A stretch of DNA of 64,000 nt from Sminthopsis crassicaudata (lineage: Eukaryota). Positions 13,541 through 27,208 of this stretch are shown here, piece by piece. A model generated the notes under the pieces. The model was not told where the DNA came from and did no database searches. It saw only the letters and a program-made list of their open reading frames with translations. The translations under genes were made by a program, and so were the position numbers. Each line of letters begins with the position of its first letter. Position 1 is the stretch's first letter. Location: NCBI RefSeq assembly GCF_048593235.1, contig NC_133617.1, positions 556,554,958 to 556,618,957 on the forward strand, in the 5' to 3' direction.

Positions 13541-13659
13541 CTTTTATTGGTCCTCGTCTTTCTCTTTTCCTGTGAGCCCCTTCTCCCATTAGTGAGTTAT
13601 TTCTAAAATCTCCAAATTGGAGAAGAACCCAGAACAGCTACCTGTACATAGTGTTTTTC

Positions 13660-14790
13660 ATTACTCCATTCAGCTCTATGTACTGTCTTCCCTCAAAATG
13701 TAATCTCCCTGAGTGCAAGGACTATACTTTTTGCTTGTATTTGTATCCCAAGCACTTAGTACAGAGTTTGCCAGCTGGCAAGTTCTTAGTAAATATTTTT
13801 TTGGCTGATTTCCTAATGGATCTGCTGCATTTGACACTGTTGACTATCTTTTTTTTCCTTGATATTCTTTTCTGAGTCCTGATACTGCTCTCTGCTGATT
13901 TGCCCCCTTATTTTTCTTGCTTCTTTAATTCTTTTGCTTGGTTATCATCCATGTCATATCCCCTAATTCCGCTTATTCCCCTTATCCTATCAAGAAACTT
14001 GTTCTACTAAGCCTTAGCCTTGGGTTTAACCTCATCATCCACTCCTTCCACTTTGATTCACATCATGCTGAACAAAGCTAGATGAAATCATTAAACTTTG
14101 CTAAGTCCACAGCAAATGTGTGTTATGTAATATGAATTGAAGTCTCACAGCAAGGAAATTCTTTTATGTTTTCCTATTTGATTCAGTATTTCAACAATCA
14201 TAAAGACTTTTTTCTACCTTCTCATCCTTCTACCCCCCTTTCATGAAAAAAAAAAATGAGCTTCTTTTCTCATTTCACATCAAACAGATGCCGTCAGCTT
14301 CTTCATTCCTATCTAGTATGATGAGGTGATCTTTCTCCTTGCCAAAGCAAACCCTTCTATATTCATGTGATCCTATTCCATCCTATTTTCTCCAACAGAT
14401 TGTCCCTTTTGTCATCTCCTTTATCTCACTTTCATTTTTATTTTCTCCCTATCTACTTGCTCTTTCCCTACTTCTCACAAGCAAACTTATGTCTCTTCCA
14501 TCCTCAAAAAAAACTCATTTGATACATTCATCCTTGCTAGTTCTCATCCTGTATTTCTCCATCCTTGAGAAGGCTTCAATAGGTGCTCCCCACTTCCTTT
14601 CCCCCATTCTCTTCTCAACTCTTCAGTGATATGATATCTGATCTCATTCAACTGGAAGCTATTTCAATCATCTCTTAATTGTCAAATGTAATGACCTTTT
14701 CTCAGTTCTCATATTCAGTCCTTTCTGCAGCCTTTGATATTGTTGGTCTAAAACTCAATGTATCTAAAACTGAATTTTTTTTAAATGTTG
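13660..14790 (+). mobile_element. L2 fragments
   Basis: L2 3' end plus RT remnants (gctgcatttgacactgttgac, AAFDTVD); pyrimidine-rich. Confidence 0.7.
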
Positions 14791-16169
14791 GGATATTTTA
14801 CAAACTTTTGAATTAATAGAATCACAGATCCATTTGAGTATTTGAGAGTATTTCTTGTTAAGAATACAAGTACCCTGAAAGCTAAGATTATTTCACGTTG
14901 AGCTTTTTGTAACTACCACCTAACAAAGTGTTCTGACACATAGGACCAATTTAATAAATACTTGTTGATTGATGAGGTAGGTCAATAGTTTTGAGTTGTC
15001 ACATTAGAAATCACAACAGGTAGCAATAACCATGCTTAAGAAAGATGTTTGTGATAATCATTAAAAAGTATTGGTTGATAATCCCTAGAACATGAAAGGT
15101 AATTTCTTCTTTGATAGACTAATCATTGAGACATCTGGTTAGTTCATTAAGATGGATAGGCTTTCAGAAAAATATAAAGTATTTAGACTATATTGGGAGT
15201 GTGTATTAGAATTTCAAAAGAAGAATAATTCCCTCAAAGTATTTAAAAAGTTTGAAATTTTTTAATGCGGACAAGAAATGGGCTCTGCAAAATACAAATC
15301 TGAATGATTTTGGAGAATCTTCAAAAATTTTTATAGTAACTTCAAAATATTTATTTAGAGTCTTTATTAATCAATATAGCTACATTATCTTCTATGTTTA
15401 GTACTATATAAATAATTTGCATGTTCTTCAGGTCAAATCATAGCCCTAGAGGCTTAAAAAAACTATAGGCCTACAATAAAAGTTTGATATAATTTAACCT
15501 ACACAAAGATCATTCTTTCTCCTAATTCTGACATTATAAAAGCATTTCACTGTGTTTATAAAATTTTATCCTCTTCTTTCTTTGAGTCTGGAATTCAACA
15601 TGTATATTTATACAAGGCTTATTATAGTTCACCTTTTATCTCTTTTCATAGAGATAATCTCAAGTTCACAGCTACATCAGCTAGGAGGATGAGAGAGAAC
15701 ATATGCTTCTCCATATGTCCAACACAAACTCCTCAAAGCATTTATTGCTGTTAGCTTAATTATTGAGGAATGTTTATAATATATTACTTTTCCTCTGAAT
15801 GAGTCACGTTACTGTACTTTTTAAAATTCGTGCTAGCCTGATAGAGCCAAAAGCTGGTATACATTACAGCAAATGATTTCCCATCTGGTCAAGGATAAGC
15901 TCTTTTTTTCCTAACCAGGTATTCAAATATAACATTGTGAAAATTACATTAAAATTATCTTCATTATTTTATATCTGTGTGTCTAACAAAAAATTACTTT
16001 TGTTAATGAACAAAAGAAAGAGAGAGAGAGATGTAAGTAGGTGTTTTGTTGACCCAACTTTGGTTTATAACCAGACTTGTTATGTCTCCTTCAATGAATG
16101 TAGTATCCCATTTAATTAGTCTAACAGAAAACATTTATTACTACCTATTCTGTGCCTTTTATTATCCTC

Positions 16170-16400
16170 AATCATCATTGAAATGACAATTTACACTTGT
16201 ATGGTGCATTAAAGTTTACAATATGTTTTTCCTTATAACAACCCTGTAACTTGTAGTACAAGTATTAATATCCCCATTTTACAAAAGGATAATTTGAGGC
16301 TTTAAGATGTATTACAATTTACTTAGTCACACAACTAGTAATTGTTAGAGTTAGAATTTTAATCCAGACCTCTCCTAACTCCAGTCTTTCCACAGATGTA
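16170..16400 (-). mobile_element. MIR SINE
   Basis: CORE remnant (atccccattttacaaaaggataatttgaggc). Confidence 0.6.
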
Positions 16401-16989
16401 CAAATCACATATCATTAATAGCATATTGCTGGTTTTCATGTCCAAAAACGATGCTACAGACAGCATGGCCGGTTTGGAAGAAAGAAAAGTTGGAATGAAT
16501 GAATTTTTAACAGCACGTATTAAGTGCTAAATTTTGGTCATACAAAGAAAAATAACAACAAAGTTCATATGGAAGAATAAAAGGTCGAGAATTTCATTTT
16601 CAAATTGCTCATTGTGCTTCTTCTAAATTTCTCTTTATACTTGGCACCTTCTACCTTAGGTGATAATCATTTCTAGTATGCTTGTCATCCTTCCAATTAA
16701 ATTGTAAATTCCTTTGTATTCTTATAACTTAGAATGGTATCTTGTACACAATAAGTGATTAATAAATGCTTGCTAATTTTAACTTGTTAAAGATAAGACT
16801 AATGTAGGATATTGATGACATTTATCTAACTGGTATTTATGTAATTCTCAAGTTTTCAGAGCTAATTATACCTATTATTTCATCCCTCCTGGGCTGAATT
16901 CTTCTGTAGCATTTTGGGCCCCAAAATCTTACTTATCCTTCCCTTAAATCCTTTGAAATCTGTTCTTTGTAACTCTCAAGTTATGCATA

Positions 16990-17169
16990 GCTTTCTGCAA
17001 TTATCACAGACCTTAGGAGAGTGATCATTTCTCCAACATTTCTGTCATTTCCACTCCAAACAGCAGTTTCTCCAAGTTGGTGAAAATCAGATTTAGGATA
17101 TAATTTTCTCTTGTTCCCTTCATTGGTTGCTCTACAAGGATGTAATGACCAATAAGGCAACTTAAGAAA
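16990..17169 (-). mobile_element. CR1/L3 endonuclease fragment
   Basis: The - strand reads ILNLIFTNLEKLLFGVEMT, resembling CR1 ILDLILTN...VEV. Confidence 0.5.
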
Positions 17170-17460
17170 NNNNNNNNNNNNNNNNNNNNNNNNNNNNNNN
17201 NNNNNNNNNNNNNNNNNNNNNNNNNNNNNNNNNNNNNNNNNNNNNNNNNNNNNNNNNNNNNNNNNNNNNNNNNNNNNNNNNNNNNNNNNNNNNNNNNNNN
17301 NNNNNNNNNNNNNNNNNNNNNNNNNNNNNNNNNNNNNNNNNNNNNNNNNNNNNNNNNNNNNNNNNNNNNNNNNNNNNNNNNNNNNNNNNNNNNNNNNNNN
17401 NNNNNNNNNNNNNNNNNNNNNNNNNNNNNNNNNNNNNNNNNNNNNNNNNNNNNNNNNNNN
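17170..17460. other. assembly gap (291 N)
   Basis: N run. Confidence 1.
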
Positions 17461-17906
17461 AGGAAAACATGTAGATTCCATTCTTCTTGACCAGGCTTGG
17501 GATCTGTTTTCTGAACTCAAGATCTATTATTTTTCTGTCTAAGCTCTCTGTAGCATGACAAAATCACTTCTCTATATCTTCTGTGCTTTTCCAATCTGGC
17601 ACTTGGTTTGAATGTTTTTAATATACAACATTATCTCTATCTTTTTAACCTATCTTTAAAAAAATAAGGTAAACCTATCAATTGTATTGCAGGCATAAAT
17701 TTCATCTCACCGACTTTCTGTGATAACTTTGAGATGGAATTTGCCTAAGAGCTCTAAATCATTTTGCTTGTTGCAGCTACTTTGTCCATTCCTTTATAGA
17801 TATTTGGAGCTACAGGTTTTATTATTAATCTCTTCCTTGGATTTTGTATTTTTGTACTGAATGCTGAACTGCCTTTATGCTTTCTACCTTGTAATTACTC
17901 TCTATG

Positions 17907-18111
17907 CAGGAAGTTTTAACCTTTTTTGAATCATGGATTATACTAACAATTTGGTGAAATCTATGGACCCCATATCATAATCATATTTTAAGATGAATAG
18001 AATTAAATAGGAATTTTAGGAATTTAATTGAATATAATTGAATTATTAAATTATATTGAAATACTATTAGCAACATTTTTAATTTTATAGATTCCAGATT
18101 AAGAATTATTA
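17907..18111. mobile_element. old hAT/Charlie-type MITE
   Basis: About 205 bp with degenerate terminal inverted repeats (caggaagttttaacc ... ccagattaagaatt) and an internal tctatggaccc motif typical of such MITEs. Confidence 0.55.
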
Positions 18112-18139
18112 CTTACTAGTATTTAACTTAGTGGCAATA

Positions 18140-19170
18140 CTTTTCATTCACTAATATATTTTAAGTATCTCCTATATACCAGGTACTAATTTTATGTTCC
18201 AAGAATAACCACCCCCCCAAAAAAAAAAAGAAATAAAGGTAACAGACAGTTCTCACTCTCGAGGAGCTTATAGTCTAATAGAGAAGGTGTAAAACATTTA
18301 TGTATAGTCAAGGTATATATAGAATAAATTGGAAATAATAAACTTAGGGCACTAGAATAAAAGAGGATCAGCAAAGGCTTCCTAGCCTTAGTCTCTAAAT
18401 CTCCCACCTGCCTCCAGGTCTGCCTCCAGTGGTCCTGATCTATCTGTATCTTGACATTGGAACCAGATGGCTCCAGAGTAGAAAATGGGGCTGGTAATCT
18501 TGTGCAAGCCTCCCTCCCTTAAGTCAAATTCACTTCTAGGTCATGGCATCCCTTCTCTAATATTATAGTTCTCTTTGGGAATGCAGGATAAACAACACAA
18601 CACAATATACAGAAGGTGGGATGTTAGTTGGGACTTGAAGGAAACCAGGTAAGCCTGGAAATGGAGATAAGGAGGAAGAACATTTTGGGTGTGGGCAGCT
18701 AGAGAAAATGTCTAGAATGAGGAGATGGATTGTTTTGTTCAAGGAACATCACAGGGCCACAAGCTGAGGAGAAGACCTGGATAGGAAGGTGGGAGGGAGG
18801 TTCTGAAGAGCTTTAAATGACAAAGAAGATTTTATATTTGATCCTGAAGATGATAGGAAACCAATGGGATTTATTGAGTGTGGATTGTAGGAGAATGGAG
18901 GTGAGATAACATGTCACTGCTTTAGGAAGATCACTTTGCCAGCTAAGTGGAAGATGTTTTGGAGTGAAAGGGCATACAAGGGAGAACAATAATCAACCTG
19001 TGATTGCAGTAATCCAGATAGGAAGTTATAAGGGACTATTCCAAGGTGCTCTCTATGTCAGAGGAGAGAAGTCAACATATTTGAGAAATATTATGAAGCT
19101 AAAATTGACAGTCCTCAGTAACAGATTGAATATGAAAGAGTTAAAAAGAGTGGGGAATCAAGGATGATTC
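18140..19170 (-). mobile_element. L2 3' region, interrupted by an RTE-type fragment at about 18405-18600
   Basis: Antisense L2 features (gagcttatagtctaatag; aggaagatcactttg). Confidence 0.6.
18405..18600 (+). mobile_element. RTE or RTE-SINE 3' end
   Basis: ccagatggctccagagtagaaaatggggctgg...gtcatggcatc...ggataaacaacacaacac. Confidence 0.7.
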
Positions 19171-20561
19171 CTAGATTGTGCTTTATGTTGAATAATTTGT
19201 ATTTTAGTGTGGGCCTATGATTTCACTGATATGGTGAACTCTGAAAGAGCATTTTCTTTGCCAGGGCAGATCTGTACCTGCTTGACAATTTACTATGTTA
19301 TAGAATTGCCTTGAGAGCTCAAGAGATTTGACCAGGATCATATAGCTCACATGTGTGATGGGCAGGACTTGAATCCAGACTAACTCTCTACTGTGATGTT
19401 GCTGCTTATTATGGTTGAATAAAAGCTCACTCTTTAATGCAAATAATTAAAATGGAAGTTTAACTTAGCTTTGTTTCTAAGACCCCCGATCTCTATGACT
19501 GTAGTGTCTACCACAGAACTCTGCATATAAGAAGCACTTAATATGTAGTTGTTAGATTGGATTAGTTTTATTCAGCTACTCCCTGCTTAACACTCTAGCA
19601 AATTATAAAAAGATAGTGATTACTCTTATTACCTGTCAACAGTGAAAGGCAGCATGATATATTGTATAGAACCCTGACATAGATTTAAATCCCATTTCTG
19701 ACCCCTACTGGCTATGTGAAACCTTGGGTGTATCACGTAACCTTGCAAATCTCCAGGTGATTTTTGCAGAATAGTTAATGATCAGTATTAGTACCAATGA
19801 AACCACAAATTTTGACTAAAACATTAAATTTGGTAATGATTCTGAAACCAGTAATCATGGAAATAGATCTGGAACTAACCTTAGAAGTCTTCTCATCCAA
19901 GCTGCTGATTTTTGGACTGAGGTGCAAAGAATTGTGCCTTGTCCAATGTCACACAGATAGTAAGTAACAGAGCCTTGTCTAAATTCAATGTTGAGCAGGC
20001 AAGTTTCATGTTCCTCTTCTACCTATCATTAAACTGCTGCAGGAAGGCAGAGGATGACTATTTGTAATGGTTATAGTAATATATGATTAGAGTCATGCTT
20101 TACATAGGCAACAATGAGAATTTCCTGTCCCATAGTAGGCACTTAATAAATTCTTGTTGACTTGACATAAATAAGCTTTTTAAAATTCTTATGTTTTCAT
20201 CAACATTGATATATTTTGAAAGAAGCAATTAATTATTAATTCAATGTATTGATGCACAAAAAAAATATTTTTGCTCTCAAAACAAGAACTTAAATTGTTC
20301 ATTGAGTTATCAGTGAAGTTACTACTTTGTATCAGTTATAAATTTGGCAGACTACCAAATGTTCATTTGCTTTTAGCTAGTTGAGATTAAATGTAATTCC
20401 TTCTCTGAGAAGCCTGAAAGTAAGCAAGCATGAAAGCATTTTCAGAGTAATCTGGAAGGAATTGACATTTAAAGGAGTTAGTGTTACAGCTACATTTGAA
20501 AGCTATTAATTTCATAGATAAATTAACTACATTATTCCTTCTTTATCTTACATTTTGAAAG

Positions 20562-20695
20562 GATTCCATCAGCTGGAGGAATGGCGGTCCAGGGTCTATT
20601 GAAACTGCTCTTATCCCAACCCTGTTGTAATTGGAACTTGCTTTTGGAAACCCTCCTGCATGATGATTGTCTGATACTAAAAATCTTGTTGAGAA
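20562..20695 (+). CDS. KIAA0825: KIAA0825 coding exon ([44 protein letters not shown])
   Basis: Acceptor ttttgaaag|G and donor A|gtgagt. 134 nt, phase 2/1; completes the AG|G Arg codon of the previous exon. Confidence 0.95.
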
Positions 20696-21171
20696 GTGAG
20701 TTTTGTATTGGTAAGTATTGGCAAAAGCATATGAGAAATACAGAGAAGCTGACTGAGTGGAACTTCTTTATATCTATATAATATATACATAGTTATTATT
20801 GACAAAGGAAAGCACGTCATTGCATGTGTCAGTAGTGATCCAGTTACAGTAGGAGAAGTATTGAATAGGGGGAGAAAGAGTTTTTTATCTACCTTGCCTG
20901 AAATAAATTTTCAGATAAACTGAAATGCAATAGTAAGAATTTGGTACCAAGATCAAATTATCCTTACAAAGATAAAAAATCCTTATACTTTTTTTTCTCT
21001 CACCCAGAAGGCCATATAGAAATAATTTACATTCTATCAACTATAAGCTGTATGGAAAGTGGGTCCATGTCTTTGACATGTGCTGTCAGTGCTTAGCAAA
21101 ATGGCATAGTACTGCTTAAAACTTAAGAACAGAGCTTAGGATGTTCATGTTATATTAACAAGAAAATAGAT

Positions 21172-21360
21172 TATAGTGTCACAGATCAAGAGCTATAGAG
21201 AATATTGCAAGCTATCTAGTTCAAAGCCTTCCTTTTACAGAGGAAGAAACTGAGCCTAAGGTGATCTGCCCAAGGTCACACAGTTAATAAGAATCACGTG
21301 TGGATTTGGACCCAGAACCTCTGACTCCAAAGTCATTATTCTTTCCACTGTACTGCATTA
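21172..21360 (-). mobile_element. MIR3-type SINE
   Basis: ccttttacagaggaagaaactgagcc...aaggtcacacag...ctgactccaaag. Confidence 0.7.
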
Positions 21361-21989
21361 GCTCCCTTATGAATAAAAACTAATAATTTTGGATAACAAG
21401 TAGGACTAGTTAGTTTGTACAAAGTACACATTTCAAAGGACAATATACAATTTTAAATATCAATGACAAAATTAGTTCATCTACAGATATTTATAAAGGA
21501 TTTATAGGGCATCCATGAACCATCTGATATTACTGACATTTAAAAAATTAAAGGTAAGTGATTTCTGGTAACTGTGTCCCTGAAGTCACATTAGCTTTTA
21601 AAGTTTCTTCAATTTGGCATCAAAGGAAAAAGAAATTATGTCGATTTTCAAATTGCCTAACATGTAGCCTCTTGCTGCCTTTAATATTTGTGTAGATTAT
21701 GACATTCTTTTCTTTTATCATTGCCCTTGTAATGGCATCTTGTGTATAGCACAGAACAAAATTGCTGCAGACAAAATACATTGCAAAATAGAGAAAAGTC
21801 TACTATTCGTAGCTTCAATATGTGATAGCCTCGGCAGCTACATTTTGGACCTTTTCATATAGCCTTATAAATTAGCATATCTGCCTGTATCAAGAGCCTA
21901 AAAAAGATCATGAAAAAAAAAAAACTAAAGAAAAGTGGAATACACAACTATTCCAAGTTGACAATGGCAGTAAAAGTACTCAAGTCCAG

Positions 21990-22175
21990 AATCATAGACT
22001 AGAGTATCATTGAACTTAGAATTGGAAAACACCTCAGAAGTCACCTAGTCTAACTTCTTCATTTTCCAGATGAGTAAACCAAAGCCCAGGCAAGTGACAT
22101 ACCTCTGGTCACACACTTAACAAGTGACAGAGCTGAGATTTGAACCCAGATTTTCTGACTGCCAGTCCAAGAGTA
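21990..22175 (-). mobile_element. MIR3-type SINE
   Basis: cattttccagatgagtaaacc...gatttgaacccag. Confidence 0.7.
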
Positions 22176-23962
22176 TTTTCATTCTTTTAGTTCTGACCTT
22201 GTCTGTTGTGCTGCTCATAATGATTGGGAGCAGTGGTGGTGATGATATGATTATTGGAAAGTTTTAGTACCAAAATGATTTTTGTCCTGATTTATCTCAA
22301 GCTATTAATAGGAGCAGTAGAATGCATAGAGTGTCCTTGTTATATAACTCCTTTGAACCAACTATAAAACAAAGGATGTGGATTGAGGCTACTTAGCACA
22401 CCAGATAAAGTAGCCAACCAGAAGCTACAAGGCCATCTTCAGAATTCTGTGTAGCAAATATTCTGGAGCTGCTCCCTAATACCCAGTCCTCAGAGCATAG
22501 CAGCTACCTCTCCTGTGAAAATTTGGTGACTTTCAATTTTGACAATAAATAAAATTGCTATATATGAGACATAATGCTAAGGGCCTGAATACAAGTATAA
22601 AGAATGAAGCAAACCCTACTTGCAATGAACTTACATTCTATTGGGGGCATACAAGTATAAAAAGTTTTGCAGCATAAATATAAAGTGTATGAATATAAAT
22701 ATATGCAAAAGAATTATATATAAGGTAGTTGAGAAAGTTGGAATTTGAGAGTAGTGGGTCAGAAAAGATATCATGAAGAAGATTCAGCTGAGCTGTATAT
22801 TAAAGAAAGAAAGGGACTTTCTGAGCCAGAAAGAAGGGAGTTCAGAGGACAGAGTATGATTTGTGAGGAACTGAAGGAAAGTTGACATGGTTGCGCAGAT
22901 CCCATCAGCCTGCTCAGCTACTGCAATCTCTCTTCAAGTGGAGGATACTAGAGATTAACCTCTGATTTGCTTGAGAGACATTCACAAAGGTTCTTTCCTC
23001 TTCGTTTTACTATTGGAAGAGTTCATAGTAATATAAGAAATGAAGTCCAGACTGGATTTTACAGCCTGCACAGCCTATGCTTCATTTAGACATAAACTTG
23101 ATTGGGTTAATGTACAGAAACTGATCTATGTTTTGAGCTTATTTCCACAAAGACCATGGCAGTGCTTGTTCTTGCTATATTCCTGAAGTAAATCTCCCTT
23201 TTTAAAGGTTACTAAATGTTGAGGTTAAATGGAACTGGGATGCTATTTACTAGCCCTTGAATATGGAGGGAAGACAGCCAATAAGGACATTAAACAGGAC
23301 TAGAGTGGGTGAGTAGGGGAAGGTGTGATGTAACCTGCCTGCCCCTGCTAAGTACTTCTAACTACCTAACTACTAAGAATTGGCTTGCTCTTTCTGAATC
23401 TAATTGACTTAAGAGATTCACTGGTTACTTCCTCTATATTTGTAAAAGTGTTGAACCAGCATCTTCATTTTGTAGGGATGAGAGAATTGAACCAAATAAA
23501 TGATTGAAAATGCCTTTTAATAATAACATTGGAGGGCTTTTAGGGGATTCGTGTGACAGATTGGCAATGTTATTAAGCTTTATATTTATCCATGTTAGTT
23601 AACTTACATACTATAGAATAAAATTGAATCTGGGTCAATAATGACTAAATTTTTTCATTTAATTCTTCTATTCTAAAATCATCATTCTGGAATACATAGG
23701 GAAAACTGAATGTGATTCAATTATATGTTCTCTTAATAATAATCATAATTTTAGCTTCTGCATGCTTTAAAATCATATGTAAAATTTTAATTAATGTCCC
23801 CTCACCAGAAATTAATGTTTCTTCTTTAGATATGCCATAGCACTTTTTGTATGTCTCAAATATATTTAGCACATTTTATTTTGTATTATATTCATCTCTC
23901 TACCTCAAGGCAGGTTATTTATGTTATATTATCATTATATCCATGTCATCCCTAGATAGTAG

Positions 23963-24370
23963 GGGTGTGTAGGTGTTCCAGGAGGACTAATACTGCTGGT
24001 GTAAGAACTTGCCAAACCCTTTTCAGGGCTCCTTATTTACCTTTGGTATCCATCTAGCATTCAATTCTAAAATATAGCTCCAAAAATTTGTAACAAACAC
24101 AGCAGCTCGGTAAACCATCTTAGCAGGTTAGTTAAACCAAGATGACAGTAACCTAGTGATTTAAAATGCATCAGTGAATTTTGTGAAGATTTCCTTTAGT
24201 GAAGTGGTAAATGAGAAGAATTTCAGTAGCTAGGAAGGCAACTGAAGCAGGTGCCATGGAATTACTTAGCGTTTGATCAGATATCCAAGATGCTTTACTA
24301 AAATCCAGTTAATATGATAGTCTTATTACCCTTTAATATCATTGGTCCTCTTTATAAAAGAAGGACAGAA
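23963..24370 (+). mobile_element. RTE-derived non-autonomous element (WALLSI3-like or RTE-SINE)
   Basis: RTE 5'UTR-like start (ggaggactaatactgctggtgtaagaacttgcc) joined to an RTE 3' end (cattggtcctctttataaaagaaggacagaac). Confidence 0.6.
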
Positions 24371-24618
24371 CTAACCAGGTTGTGAGCTCCTTTATAACAG
24401 GGATTGACTTTATTAATATTTAGGAGGTTGAGTAGTACTGAGCTCTGATTTTAGACTTGGGAAATTTGGATTCAAATCTTGGGTTTTCTAGTTACTTATT
24501 GTATAACCTCTGAGCCTCCGTTTCCTTCTCTACAAAATGTGTATACCAATACTTGCACTACAGGTTTGACTTAAGTTGTCAGGAAAGTGCTTTGTAAAAC
24601 TTAATAGTGTTATGTAAT

Positions 24619-25153
24619 TGTAACATGCCCTCCTGGCAATTACAATTACTAGTCTACCCTATGCCCAACAGAGTACCTTTGACCACTGACCTTTGCAGTG
24701 TCAACTCTACCCGGCTCGCCTCCTCTGAGGCCTTCAAAGGTCTCTGGCCACAATTTCTTGAATCTATAATTTAATAACCAGTAGCACACTCAAGAACAGC
24801 CACGTGTAATCTTAAAAGCCTTTATTATACCTACTCACATAATGCCCACTCTTATTGCCCTGACTTGTTAGCTCCCTAGTGAACACCTGGTCTGGGAGCC
24901 AAATTAAAGAGAGCAACTTGCTGCAAGCAGTGGGCTTATATAGGGCCTGTGAGGTCACACACACAGCCAATCAGTGAGAGAGCCGGCACCCATTACGAAG
25001 CTATCTCAATATGGCCAGGATCCCACCCACAGGGCAGTCCTATATCCACAGAGATTACTTCTGAGCTACTCAATCTCCTGTTGCGTTGTGGCCGCCCATT
25101 TAAAGGACCCTTACAATTCCCTTCTCTTATTTTGCGGGTACCACATCCTTACA
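24619..25153 (-). mobile_element. solo LTR (ERV, probably class II), inserted in a MIR tail
   Basis: TG...CA termini and a perfect 6-bp TSD TGTAAT (24613-24618, 25154-25159). TATA (24936-24942) and AATAAA (24821-24826) on the - strand, CCAAT at 24967, many retained CpGs. Confidence 0.85.
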
Positions 25154-26309
25154 TGTAATTATCAAGTTTTATTAAATGTGAGCTTTGTGTCTTTTAGCAC
25201 CTAAATCAGTGCCATATATATATATAGAGAGAGAGAGTGTAAGCATTTAATAGATATTTATTGAATTGGAATATTACAAATGCCCTGCCATCACAGAATA
25301 TCTTTTCTTGAAGCACCTAAGGACAATGTCATATATTTTGTCTTGTTCATAGACCTATGAAATAGGTTGAGGGATGGGATTAGATATTGTTATTCTAATT
25401 TGCAAATGGAAAAATTGAAGTACAAAGTGGTTGAATGAATTGCCTTTGATTTTTTAAGTGTGTTTAAGGGGAAAAAAGGCTATTATTTCCTGATATGACA
25501 TTATTTTGAAGTGGAATTTTGATGAAACATGAGTATTTATGGAGACATTAATAGATTGAGTCTTCTTTGAAATATAAATATGTTGGGTTTCTTGGATTAT
25601 TTGAACAATCTTTATTTTATATAAAAGATTAAACAGGGTCTTTTAAACTTGGACTTTTACCAATAAATGTTTTTATGCCAGTTTAAGAAACACTTGCTTC
25701 ATCTAAGAATTGGAATTAGATATAAACTTACTATTAGCATTCTTTCTGAGCAGCACAAAGTCAGTATTGTTTGGACTTGGAGAGTGTAATAATACCTTGG
25801 AATAGAGCTAAATTCATAATTTAGGCACTATGCTTTTGACTCTCCAGCCATATATAAACAATCCCTATGCAAAGCCATATTGAAGGAATTTCTTACTGAA
25901 AAGAGCCTTAAAACAATATTGCATCCACATATTTCTTCATTACTGAAAAGCACAGTGTGGGATCAATAAATATAGATGACATAGCTGCCAAATATATAAT
26001 TAGGATAATGTGTATGAAATTGAAGTAGATAATTATTAAAGTGGTGTTGTTTTTTTTTCCTAACTTAATTCCCTTTGATTCACTGAATTGGCAAATATTG
26101 ATCATCTGGTTCTGGTCTCTAGAGTTTTATTTCTGAATGGAACCTTGTGATTGCAGTACACAGTACCTGTCACTAGTTGGCAGTGGTGCTTTGCGACTAG
26201 GTCCCGTCTTGCAATGTAAGACTTTCCTAGAAAACTTAATTGTAACTGCTTTTACTAGATTTCAAGGTTTGTCTTGAGCTTTCATCTGTCAATGACTTCA
26301 CTGTGAACT

Positions 26310-26750
26310 TGTCACCTAGAATCCAAACCTGATGTCATCTTTGACTCCTCTCTCCCTTTCCCGACATTCAGCCAGGTGCTACATCCTGTCAATTCTACCA
26401 GCAAAATTATATCTTCATTCTTTTTGCCCAGTTCAGGTCCTTATTATTTCTCCTCTGGATTATTGAAATCACTTTCTAATTGGTATTCCTTGCCTCCAGC
26501 CTGGCCCTTCTCAAATCTGTCTAGATTAATATAATTAAAGCACAGTTCTGATTCTGTCATTCCCCTCATCAAACATCTTCAATCACTCTTCACTTTTTGA
26601 CTAAAATCCAAACTCCTTAGATGGGCATTTAGGGGCTTCTAAAATTTGGTCCCAGGCTATTGTCCCAAATTTATATTCCACTGTTCTCCACATACCCTAA
26701 ATGACAGTTAAATGAGATTATTTGTCCTTCTTTGTATAGAGTCTCTGCTT
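26310..26750 (+). mobile_element. L2 fragment
   Basis: gtcatctttgactcctctctc...ctggattattgaaatcactttctaattgg. Confidence 0.7.
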
Positions 26751-26769
26751 TGTAGGTTCCCTATATCTG

Positions 26770-27208
26770 GTATTAGAAACACCCTCTTGACACTGAAAAT
26801 CAAATATCAAGAAAAATTTATTAAAAAAGAATCTTAAGGAATTGTCCTAATTTTTCTGGCCAGAAGCAGGCTTGACTCATCTTCAGGAAGAGGGAGCCCT
26901 GAGCACAGAAGTGAGAGAACCTTTATACTTGTTTATACTTATAAAATATACTTTGTACTTGTACACTTGTTAGTTAGCCTATTAAGCAGGTGCAGTAGTG
27001 GTTTGATCAAGTCAGGTCCATGACCCCAACTAGGTTGGGCTGGATGGGCTATTATCTTATGTTTGTGGTTTTCTCAAAACCACAAGATTCTTTCTGATTG
27101 GCTGAATCTTGCCTGTGTCTTCCAAGGTCCCCAGTTCTTTCTTTGCTCAAATCTTCTATTGATCACTTAACTGTTTTGTGAAATCTTAACCTTCCTTAAC
27201 CTCTCACA
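26770..27208 (-). mobile_element. probable solo LTR
   Basis: The - strand starts TGTGAGAGG and shows CCAAT, a TATA-like tract and AATAAA in U3-R-U5 order. The other terminus and TSD are not resolved. Confidence 0.5.

Noticed and set aside
16981-17520. Long ORFs spanning N runs (also 51535..52075 and 52483..52842)
   Set aside because: They are open only because N codons contain no stops. The exception is the real exon at 54368.
21487-21553. Cryptic exon ending at a strong AAG|GTAAGT donor
   Set aside because: The upstream acceptor has no good pyrimidine tract, the sequence has no homology to KIAA0825, and 67 nt would shift the frame.
27063-27085. 10-bp stem TTGTGGTTTT-CTC-AAAACCACAA as a terminator or ncRNA
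   Set aside because: It is short, lies within a probable LTR, and intrinsic terminators are not relevant in a mammalian intron.
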